From an uncultured Actinomycetes bacterium (GTDB lineage: Bacteria > Actinomycetota > Thermoleophilia > Gaiellales > Gaiellaceae), in assembly GCA_963736045.1 (NCBI GenBank), contig CAVTNK010000006.1:104124-168123 (forward strand): a stretch of DNA of 64,000 nucleotides, read 5' to 3'. The translations under genes were made by a program, and so were the position numbers. Shown in pieces: positions 56,508-64,000 of this stretch. Every line of letters starts with the position of its first letter. The first letter of the stretch is position 1. The notes under the pieces are model-generated. The model saw only the letters and a program-made list of their open reading frames with translations. It did no database searches and had not been told where the DNA came from.

Positions 56508-58037
56508 CTAGCGAGGTTGGGCCGCCACGCTCAGGAAGAGACGATAGGCGGGGTTCCGGCTCTCGTCCCAGTGCGCATAGCCGAGGAGGTCGAGGAACTC
56601 GCGGAGCTGCCCTTTCTCGCCCGGCGGAACCTGGATCCCCACCAGCACGCGGCCGTAGTCCGCGCCGTGGTTTCGGTAGTGGAAGAGGCTGATGTTCCAG
56701 CGCTGCCCGATCCGGTCGAGGAAGCCGAGCAGCGCGCCGGGGCGCTCCGGGAACTCGAAGCGGTAGAGAACCTCGTTGCTCGCGCCCTTCGCCCGGCCCC
56801 CGACCAGGTGGCGGACGTGCAGCTTGGCCATCTCGTTGTCGGTCAGGTCGAGCGTCGGGATGCCGTGGCGATCGAGCCTCGCCCTGATCTCGTCTCCCTC
56901 GGCCTCGCCCATCACCTCGACTCCGACGAAGACGTGAGCCTCGGCGGGGTCGTCGTAGCGGTAGTTGAACTCGGTGATGTTGCGCTTGCCGAGCAGCTCG
57001 CAGAACGCTTTGAAGCTCCCTGGCCGTTCGGGGATCGTCGCCGCGAAGACGGCCTCTCGCCGCTCGCCGAGCTCCGCCCGCTCGGCCACGAAGCGCAGAC
57101 GGTCGAAGTTCATATTCGCTCCCGAGAGGACTGCGAGCAGGGTGGCACCCTTGATCCCGGACTCGGCTACGTAGCGTTTTGCGCCGGCGACGCCGAGGGC
57201 GGCGGACGGCTCGACGACCGAGCGCGTGTCGTCGAAGACGTCCTTGATCGCAGCGCAGATCTCGTCCGTCGAGACGAGGAGCACCTCGTCGACGTACTTC
57301 CGGGCCAGGCGGAATGTCTCCTTGCCGACCTGCCTGACCGCGACGCCGTCCGCAAACAGGCCGACGTGCGGGAGCACGACCCGCCGACCGGCGCGGAGTG
57401 ACCGCTCCATCGCGTTGGCGTCCTGGGGCTCGACGCCGACGATGCGGATCTCCGGGCGCACGCGCTTGACGTAGGCGGCGATTCCGCCGATCAGGCCCCC
57501 GCCGCCGACGGGCACGAAGAGCGCGTCGATGGGACCCCGGCACTGGCGGAGGATCTCCATCGCGATCGTCCCCTGACCGGCGATCACGTCGGGGTCGTCG
57601 TAGGGATGGACGAATGCGGTGCGACGCTGCTTGGCGATCCGGAGCGCTTCCGCATACGCCTCCTCGTACGTGTCGCCCTCGAGCTTGACGGCCGCGCCTC
57701 GGGCCTTGACCGCGTCGACCTTGATCTGCGGCGTCGTCCGCGGCACGACGATCGTTGCCGGAACGCCAAGGCGCTCGGCCGCGAGCGCGACTCCCTGGGC
57801 GTGGTTGCCGGCCGAGGCGGTGACAACGCCGCGGGCGAGTTGTGCCGCGGGCAGGCGCGCCATCTTGTTGTAGGCGCCGCGCAGCTTGAACGAGAACACG
57901 GGCTGGAGGTCCTCGCGCTTCAGGAGGAGACGGTTGTCGAGGCGTTCGCAGAGGATCGGCGCCTCGTCGAGCGGGCTCTCGATCGCGACGTCGTAGACGT
58001 TCGCCGTCAGGATCGCCTGGAGATAGTCGACTGCCAT
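56508..58037 (-). CDS. ilvA: Biosynthetic threonine dehydratase
   Basis: Start MAVDYLQAIL. PLP motif QPVFSFKLRGAYN, GNHAQGVA, and two C-terminal ACT-like regulatory repeats. Confidence 0.9.
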   Translation of the reverse strand: MAVDYLQAILTANVYDVAIESPLDEAPILCERLDNRLLLKREDLQPVFSFKLRGAYNKMARLPAAQLARGVVTASAGNHAQGVALAAERLGVPATIVVPRTTPQIKVDAVKARGAAVKLEGDTYEEAYAEALRIAKQRRTAFVHPYDDPDVIAGQGTIAMEILRQCRGPIDALFVPVGGGGLIGGIAAYVKRVRPEIRIVGVEPQDANAMERSLRAGRRVVLPHVGLFADGVAVRQVGKETFRLARKYVDEVLLVSTDEICAAIKDVFDDTRSVVEPSAALGVAGAKRYVAESGIKGATLLAVLSGANMNFDRLRFVAERAELGERREAVFAATIPERPGSFKAFCELLGKRNITEFNYRYDDPAEAHVFVGVEVMGEAEGDEIRARLDRHGIPTLDLTDNEMAKLHVRHLVGGRAKGASNEVLYRFEFPERPGALLGFLDRIGQRWNISLFHYRNHGADYGRVLVGIQVPPGEKGQLREFLDLLGYAHWDESRNPAYRLFLSVAAQPR

Positions 58038-58077
58038 CGCGCTCCGCAAGAGCTTAGTGACGGTTACGCTCCGGCTC

Positions 58078-59259
58078 ATGTCGAGCGCCTCTGTCCTCGG
58101 TCTCGCCGACAGCCTCGAGCGGCTCGGCACCGAGAGCGCCTTCAGCGTTCTCGCGCGCGCGAAGGAGCTCGAGCGGCAAGGCAAGGACGTGATCCATCTC
58201 GAGATCGGCGAGCCTGACTTCGCGACGCCCGACCACGTGTGCGAGGCAGCCTACGCAGCGATGATGGCGGGCGAGACGCACTACTGCCCGTCCGCGGGAA
58301 TCCACGAGCTGCGCGAGGCGGTGGCCGAATACCTCTCGAGAGGACGCGGCGTCGAGGTGCTTCCCGAGCGCGTGCTGGTCGCAAACGGGGCGAAGCCGTT
58401 CCTGTTCTTCACGATCCTGGCCACCTGTAACCCCGGCGACGAGGTGATCTATCCCGACCCGGGCTTTCCGATCTACGAGTCGGCGATCTCGTGGGCCGGG
58501 GCGAAGCCCGTGCCGCTGCCGCTGCTCGAGGAGCGCGACTTCGCGTTTGACCTCGCGGACCTCGAGGCTCGACTCTCGCCGAGGACGAAGCTCGTCATCA
58601 TCAACTCGCCTCAGAACCCGACGGGTGGGGTCGTGGGCGCAGACGAGATCGTCGAGGTCGCGTCCCTCCTGGCGGACTCGAACGCGTGGGTGCTCTCGGA
58701 CGAGGTGTACTGGCGGTTGATCTACGAGGGTGAGTTCGCCAGCATCGCTTCGCAGCCGGGGATGCTCGAGCGGACGATCCTGCTCGACGGGCTCTCGAAG
58801 ACGTACGCGATGACGGGCTGGCGATGCGGATTCGCGGCGGTGCCCGAGCCGCTCGTCGATCCTCTCGTCCGCTTCTTCGTCAACTCGACGTCGTGCGTGC
58901 CTCCCTTCGTCCAGCTTGCGGGCGTCGAAGCGCTCACGGGCCCGCAGGATTCGGTTGACGACATGGTCGATGAGTTCCGTGCGCGCCGCGAGCTCGTCGT
59001 GCGAGGGTTGAACGACCTCCCGGGTGTCACCTGCCGCTCGCCTCGCGGCGCCTTCTACGCCTTCCCGAACGTGGGCGAGGTTCCGATTCCTGCCGACGAG
59101 CTGGCAGCGCGGCTGCTCGACGAGGCCGGTGTCGCCCTGCTCGCCGGCTCGGCGTTCGGCGACGTCGGCCGTGACAATCTGCGCATCTCGTACGCGAACT
59201 CCCAGGCAAACCTCACCCGCGCGCTCGAGCGCGTGCGGGACTTCCTGACCGACCTGTAG
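58078..59259 (+). CDS. Class I pyridoxal-phosphate aminotransferase (AspC-like)
   Basis: VIHLEIGEPDFATP, INSPQNPTGG, LSKTYAMTGWRCGF (PLP lysine), FGDVGRDNLRISYA. Confidence 0.85.
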   Translation: MSSASVLGLADSLERLGTESAFSVLARAKELERQGKDVIHLEIGEPDFATPDHVCEAAYAAMMAGETHYCPSAGIHELREAVAEYLSRGRGVEVLPERVLVANGAKPFLFFTILATCNPGDEVIYPDPGFPIYESAISWAGAKPVPLPLLEERDFAFDLADLEARLSPRTKLVIINSPQNPTGGVVGADEIVEVASLLADSNAWVLSDEVYWRLIYEGEFASIASQPGMLERTILLDGLSKTYAMTGWRCGFAAVPEPLVDPLVRFFVNSTSCVPPFVQLAGVEALTGPQDSVDDMVDEFRARRELVVRGLNDLPGVTCRSPRGAFYAFPNVGEVPIPADELAARLLDEAGVALLAGSAFGDVGRDNLRISYANSQANLTRALERVRDFLTDL

Positions 59260-59265
59260 CCGTCC

Positions 59266-59496
59266 TCAGCGCTTCGCCTTCTGACTGCTGCGGTCCGCTC
59301 GCTGGACGATCGCATCGCTCGAGAGGTAGTAGACAGACTCGTGCCCGTCCTCCCAGCGCACCCGGTAGTGCTCGTGGCCTGGCTGGCCGAGCACCTCGAG
59401 GATCTCTCCGAGCCGGCGACTCTCTCCCACGTGGTGCCCTTCGACGATCACGAGATCCCCCGCCTGCGTCTGCGGTCGATCCGTTGTCGGCGTCAT
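59266..59496 (-). CDS. DUF1918-like small protein
   Basis: 76 aa after a GAAGGGAGG RBS. GDLVIVEGHHVGESRRLGEILEV...HYRVRWEDGHESVY. Confidence 0.6.
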   Translation of the reverse strand: MTPTTDRPQTQAGDLVIVEGHHVGESRRLGEILEVLGQPGHEHYRVRWEDGHESVYYLSSDAIVQRADRSSQKAKR

Positions 59497-59638
59497 GACG
59501 ACCTCCCTTCGAGGGTCCGGTGAAGCGTGGCCCGCCCGGCTCGCGGCTTCATCGGGGTCATCCCTGAGTCTCGATCCGTGTCGTACCCGATGGCGACTCG
59601 ATAACGCATGCGGACACTGGCCCCGAAGGAGGTGTCCG

Positions 59639-60256
59639 ATGACAACGCTCGTTGTGTACGAGTCGACCTTCGGAAACACGGCCCGGATCGCCGAGGCGAT
59701 CGCGGCTCGGCTCGGCGCGCGGATGCTGCCCGTTTCCGAGGCTCGGCCCCTCGATCTCGAGGGAGCTGACCTTCTGCTCATCGGGGGTCCCACACAGACT
59801 CACGGTGTTCCCCCGGCGTTGCGTGAACTCCTGGACACACTCGAGGGTCGCTCGCTCGTCGGAGTGCGGGCTGCCGCGTTCGACACTCGTCTCGACAGGG
59901 CTCGTCTGCTGACGGGGGCAGCCTCGGATGGGCTGATGAAGCGTCTGAAGAGGAAGGGTGCAACTGTCGTTGCTCCCGGAGGGAGCTTTCTCGTCGGAGG
60001 CTCGGAAGGCCCCCTGCTCGAGGGTGAGCTCGAGCGCGCTCTCGGCTGGGCGGTCGCCGCCGCGGCCAAAGCGGAGCCGGTGGCGGTCAACGGCGCAGCC
60101 GCAGACCCGCATCTCTCTGCAGAGGACCGCGAGATCACCCATCCCTATCCGCTTCCGCCCGTGGGCGTCACCTATCGCCAGGATGCAAAGCCGCGCGCGT
60201 CGGACCATTCGGTTGACCCGCCGAGCCCCGACGATGCGCCGGAAGGCCTCGCATGA
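59639..60256 (+). CDS. Flavodoxin-like protein with a C-terminal tail
   Basis: [32 protein letters not shown]..., [12 protein letters not shown]. Confidence 0.65.
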   Translation: MTTLVVYESTFGNTARIAEAIAARLGARMLPVSEARPLDLEGADLLLIGGPTQTHGVPPALRELLDTLEGRSLVGVRAAAFDTRLDRARLLTGAASDGLMKRLKRKGATVVAPGGSFLVGGSEGPLLEGELERALGWAVAAAAKAEPVAVNGAAADPHLSAEDREITHPYPLPPVGVTYRQDAKPRASDHSVDPPSPDDAPEGLA

Positions 60257-61149
60257 CGGTCGAGCTCCTCGAACCCGAGCCGATAGTGGTCGACGAGTCA
60301 GGCTCGCTCGAGGGCGGTGGCGAAGGCTTGTCGCCCGACACGCTTCGGCTGTTCCTGCGCGAGATCGGTCGCTATCCGCTACTGACGCCGCTCGAGGAGG
60401 TCAGGCTGATGCGGCGGATCGAGCAGGGCGACCGGGAGGCGCGGGACAGGATGATCACGGCCAACCTCCGCCTCGTCGTCTCGATCGCGAAGCGCTACCA
60501 GGGTCGAGGCATGGCGCTTCCGGACCTGATCCAGGAGGGGACGCTCGGCCTGATCCGTGCGGTCGAGAAGTTCGACTGGCGCCGGGGCTACAAGTTCTCG
60601 ACATACGCAACCTGGTGGATCCGCCAGGCCGTTCAGCGCGGTGTCGACAATCGGGGACGCAGCATCCGAGTTCCGATCTACATGGCGGCTCGCGAACAGA
60701 AGGTCGCCCGTCTCGAGCGGGAGCTGACGGGCGAGCTCGGTCGCCTGCCGACGGACGACGAGCTCGCGCGTGCGGCGGACATCTCGCCCCGGCAGCTGCA
60801 ACGGGTTCGGGCGGCCCCGCGCGTGGTCGCCAGTCTCGACTGCCCAGTCGGACCTGGCGACGAGGCGGCGGTCGTCACGCTCTTCCCCGACGGGGCGGCG
60901 GACGTCCTCGACGAGGTGCAGGCGCATCTCCTGGCGGACGAGTTGCGATCGGCAGTCGACGCCTTGCCCGAGCGGGAACGTCGCGTCGTCGAGCTTCGCT
61001 ACGGACTCGGTGGCAGCCGCCCGCACACGATCGAGGAGACGAGGCGCCGTCTCGGCCTCGCGAGGGGCGAGGCGGCGCGGCTCGAGCGGCGCGCGCTCGG
61101 CCGTCTCGCAGCCGAGCAGGCCCTCAGGGCCGGGCACGAAGCGGCATGA
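60253..61149 (+). CDS. RpoD-family (group 2/3-like) sigma-70 factor
   Basis: 298 aa. [57 protein letters not shown], and region 4 VVELRYGL...[15 protein letters not shown] overlap with the flavodoxin stop. Confidence 0.9.
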   Translation: MTVELLEPEPIVVDESGSLEGGGEGLSPDTLRLFLREIGRYPLLTPLEEVRLMRRIEQGDREARDRMITANLRLVVSIAKRYQGRGMALPDLIQEGTLGLIRAVEKFDWRRGYKFSTYATWWIRQAVQRGVDNRGRSIRVPIYMAAREQKVARLERELTGELGRLPTDDELARAADISPRQLQRVRAAPRVVASLDCPVGPGDEAAVVTLFPDGAADVLDEVQAHLLADELRSAVDALPERERRVVELRYGLGGSRPHTIEETRRRLGLARGEAARLERRALGRLAAEQALRAGHEAA

Positions 61150-62600
61150 CGGTGGCTCAGCTTGGCTCTGCATCCACGAGTGCGGCGCTCCCGCCCTGGA
61201 AGATCAAGGTCGTCGAGCCGATCTTCCTCCCCGACGCCGCGCGGCGACGCGAGGCGATCGAAGAAGCCGGCTACAACACCTTCTTGCTCCGCTCCGAGGA
61301 CGTCTACATCGACCTCCTCACCGACAGCGGCACGTCGGCGCTCTCGCAGGAGCAACGCTCGGCGATGGAGCTCGGCGACGAGGCCTACGCCGGGTCGCGG
61401 AGCTTCTTCCGGCTCGAGGCGGCGATGCGCGACGTGTACGGCTACCGGCACCTGATCCCAACGCATCAGGGCCGCGGGGCCGAGCACGTGCTGGCGCGTC
61501 TGCTCGTCGAGCCGGGGAACGTCGTGCCCTCCAACCTCTACTTCACGACCTCCCGCCTGCATGTCGACCTGGCCGGAGGGATCTGGAAGGACGTGGCGGT
61601 GGCCGAGGCGATCGAGCCCACCTCCACGTTTCCTTTCAAAGGCAACATCGACCTCGTTGCGCTCGAGCGCGTGCTGCACGAGGCCGGTACCGACCACGTC
61701 GCCTTCGTCCGCCAGGAGGCATGTCTGAACATGGCCGGCGGCCAGCCGTTCTCACTCGAAAATCTGCGGTCGGTGCGGGAGCTCACCCGCGAATACGGCG
61801 TCCCGTTGATCCTGGACGCGACCCGGATCTCCGAGAACGCCATCTTCGTGATGGATCGTGAGCCCGGCAACGCGGACAGGTCTCTCAGGGAGATCATCCT
61901 CGAGATGGCGAGCCTCTCCGATGGGGCCGTCTTCTCCTCGAAGAAGGATCATTTCGTGCCGATCGGGGGCTTCCTCGCGCTGAACGACGACGAGCTCGCG
62001 GAGCGGGCGCGCGAGATCCTCGTCGTCTACGAGGGCTTCGCCCACTACGGCGGCATGGCGGGCCACGACATGGAGGCGCTTGCCCAGGGCATCGTCGAGT
62101 CGGCGAGCGAGCCGATGGTGCGACACGTCGTCGGTCAGGCCGCCTACCTCGGCGGGCGCCTGCACGAACGCGGCATTCCGATCGTTCTGCCCGTCGGGGC
62201 GCACGCTGTCTTCCTCGACGCCAAGAGGATCCTGCCCCATCTGAACCAGGCCGAGTTCCCCGCGCAGGCGCTCGCCGCCGCTCTCTACCTGGCCGGCGGT
62301 GTTCGCTCGATGGAGCGAGGCATCGTCTCGGGTCAGCACGGCGATGTCCCCTACGACGGGCTCGAGCTCGTGCGCCTGACGCTGCCGCGTCGCGTCTACA
62401 CGCAGGAGCACCTCTCGTACGTTGCCGACGTCGTCGAGACTGTTCACCGGGCGCGGGCCGAGGTGCCCGGCGTTGTCTTCACGTACGAGCCCGAGCACCT
62501 GCGCTTCTTCCTCGGCCGCTTCGAACCGACAGCACGCTTCCCCGAGTTCGCAGCCGATTCGGCGCCGGCGGTTGTCACCGTCTCGGGGCGGAGGGAGTAA
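61146..62600 (+). CDS. Beta-eliminating lyase (tryptophanase / tyrosine phenol-lyase family)
   Basis: 484 aa. [43 protein letters not shown]-lysine region [28 protein letters not shown] overlap with the sigma stop. Confidence 0.8.
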   Translation: MTVAQLGSASTSAALPPWKIKVVEPIFLPDAARRREAIEEAGYNTFLLRSEDVYIDLLTDSGTSALSQEQRSAMELGDEAYAGSRSFFRLEAAMRDVYGYRHLIPTHQGRGAEHVLARLLVEPGNVVPSNLYFTTSRLHVDLAGGIWKDVAVAEAIEPTSTFPFKGNIDLVALERVLHEAGTDHVAFVRQEACLNMAGGQPFSLENLRSVRELTREYGVPLILDATRISENAIFVMDREPGNADRSLREIILEMASLSDGAVFSSKKDHFVPIGGFLALNDDELAERAREILVVYEGFAHYGGMAGHDMEALAQGIVESASEPMVRHVVGQAAYLGGRLHERGIPIVLPVGAHAVFLDAKRILPHLNQAEFPAQALAAALYLAGGVRSMERGIVSGQHGDVPYDGLELVRLTLPRRVYTQEHLSYVADVVETVHRARAEVPGVVFTYEPEHLRFFLGRFEPTARFPEFAADSAPAVVTVSGRRE

Positions 62601-63050
62601 GCGGCACACCTGGTCCTGACAGTCGAACGGCGACGCGATCAGCGGCTGGCACTTGCTCCGGAACTCGGCGAACACGGCCGAGTGGACGTTCGATCCGGCG
62701 GATCTTTGCGGCTCGAACAACGGCAGCGTGTACCTGAACCTGAGCGCTCTCGTTGCGAAGGGCCGTGACGGCGGTAGCGCCTACAACGGCTACCTACACG
62801 TGACCTTCATCGGCGACCGCCGGGTCAACTTGGGGATCACGCTCTACAACCACTTCCGCCCGAAGGCCCAGATCGCCACCGGCGGTGTGGGATACGCGTC
62901 CGGCTCCTCTGCACAGATGGGCAGACGCCAGATGAGGCGCCCGCCCATCCCCTTGCGTCCTCGGTAGTTCTCCACAGCGCCGATCATTCCGGGCACGGAT
63001 GCCGTGGCCCACAGACCCGGAAACCATGAGGAGAACACCAGGGAGGAGCG

Positions 63051-64000
63051 ATGCGCAAGGTCGTGATCATGGGTGCGGGCGGGCGAGACTTCCACGACTT
63101 CAACGTCGTCTATCGTGACGATCCCGAAACACGGATCGTCGCGTTTACCGCCGCGCAGATTCCCGGCATCGACGACCGCATCTACCCCTCCTCGCTCGCC
63201 GGCCCCTTCTACCCGCAGGGGATTCCGATCCGACCCGAGGAGGAGCTTGCGAAGATCGTCGCCGAGCACGACGTCGACGAGGTCGTGCTCGCCTACTCCG
63301 ACCTCTCGCACGACGACGTCATGCACGCGGCCTCGCGCGCACTCGCCGCCGGAGCCGACTTCCGGCTGCTCGGGCCGCAGTCGACGATGATCGAATCCAC
63401 GAAGCCGGTCGTTGCCGTCTGCGCCGTCCGCACGGGCGCAGGAAAGAGCCAGACGAGCCGCCGTGTGGGTCGGATCCTCGTCGACGCGGGCCTCGACGTG
63501 GCGCTCATCCGCCATCCGATGCCCTACGGTGATCTCGAGGCGATGCGAGTCCAGCGCTTCGCGACGCTCGCGGACATCGACGCCTCCGACCCGACGATCG
63601 AGGAGCGCGAGGAGTACGAGCCGGCGGTCGAGATGGGGATGGTCGTCTATGCGGGGGTCGACTACGAAGCCATCCTCGAGCGGGCCGAGGTCGACGCTGA
63701 CGTCATCCTCTGGGACGGCGGCAACAACGACTTCCCCTTCATCCGGCCCGACCTCTTGATCGTCGTCGTCGATCCACTGCGGGCGGGCCAGGAGCTGCAC
63801 TACCACCCGGGCGAGACCAATCTCCGCATGGCGGACGTGGTCGTCGTCAACAAGATGGACAGCGCCGGCGTTGCCGCGATCGAGCGTGTCTACGCCGACG
63901 TCGCGCTCGCCAACCCCCACGCGACGATCGTGCGGGCCGCCTCGCCGGTCACCCTCGACGACGGTCCGCCGATCGCCGGGAAGTGCGTGCTCGTCGTCGA
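63051..64000 (+). CDS. COG2403-type predicted GTPase (cyclic 2,3-diphosphoglycerate-synthetase-like), 3'-partial
   Basis: GGGAGGAG RBS. MRKVVIMGAGGRDFHDFNVVYRDDP, AVRTGAGKSQTSR P-loop, RHPMPYGDL, WDGGNNDFPF, VVNKMD. Runs off the window end. Confidence 0.7.
   Translation, partial: MRKVVIMGAGGRDFHDFNVVYRDDPETRIVAFTAAQIPGIDDRIYPSSLAGPFYPQGIPIRPEEELAKIVAEHDVDEVVLAYSDLSHDDVMHAASRALAAGADFRLLGPQSTMIESTKPVVAVCAVRTGAGKSQTSRRVGRILVDAGLDVALIRHPMPYGDLEAMRVQRFATLADIDASDPTIEEREEYEPAVEMGMVVYAGVDYEAILERAEVDADVILWDGGNNDFPFIRPDLLIVVVDPLRAGQELHYHPGETNLRMADVVVVNKMDSAGVAAIERVYADVALANPHATIVRAASPVTLDDGPPIAGKCVLVV

Noticed and set aside
62653-62967. 104-aa TTG-start ORF (…TAEWTFDPADLCGSNNGSVYLNLSALVAKG…)
   Set aside because: The first 70 residues look protein-like. 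However, there is no RBS or signal peptide, the start is TTG and the tail is Arg-rich. It may be a gene fragment, with support too weak to call.

Overview
GC-rich, actinobacterium-like chromosomal window, judged from the ask-asd ... recR-ybaB-dnaX-SRP RNA-tRNA-Val synteny. It falls into four parts. (1) 1-11.3 kb holds core metabolism: ATP-PEP carboxykinase, a non-classical succinate dehydrogenase/fumarate reductase set with an HdrB-like CCG subunit, a metallophosphoesterase, asd and ask. Almost every gene here is broken by small indels, and sdhB also has one in-frame TAG. (2) 11.3-15.2 kb is intact: an oxidoreductase, recR, ybaB, dnaX, SRP RNA and tRNA-Val(CAC). (3) 15.2 to about 33.8 kb is an accessory mosaic that starts right after the tRNA with a tyrosine integrase. 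It carries a HARE-HTH gene, a CHRD protein, a truncated Mrr-like nuclease, a collagen-repeat protein, an SRAP/YedK peptidase, orphan secreted proteins, a TetR-cupin module, an orphan HerA/FtsK-type ATPase, a GT-C-like membrane protein, a LuxR remnant and a hydrolase-cyclase fusion. Two independent pairs of long direct repeats (23-24 nt and 27-31 nt) lie in this mosaic. (4) 33.8-64 kb is mixed. It holds glnS, an MFS pump, an OYE-type flavoenzyme, a 1129-aa Zn-ribbon-cyclase-ATPase-TPR protein with a TerB-like neighbour, and a decaying efeUOB operon behind a double-palindrome operator. It also holds greA, a glf-centred four-gene glycan cluster, ilvA, and a translationally coupled flavodoxin-sigma70-tryptophanase-like operon. 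No CRISPR array, rRNA, transposase or reverse transcriptase was seen. All calls come from reading the sequence and the ORF track by eye. No database search was run, and coordinates of frame-broken genes are approximate.
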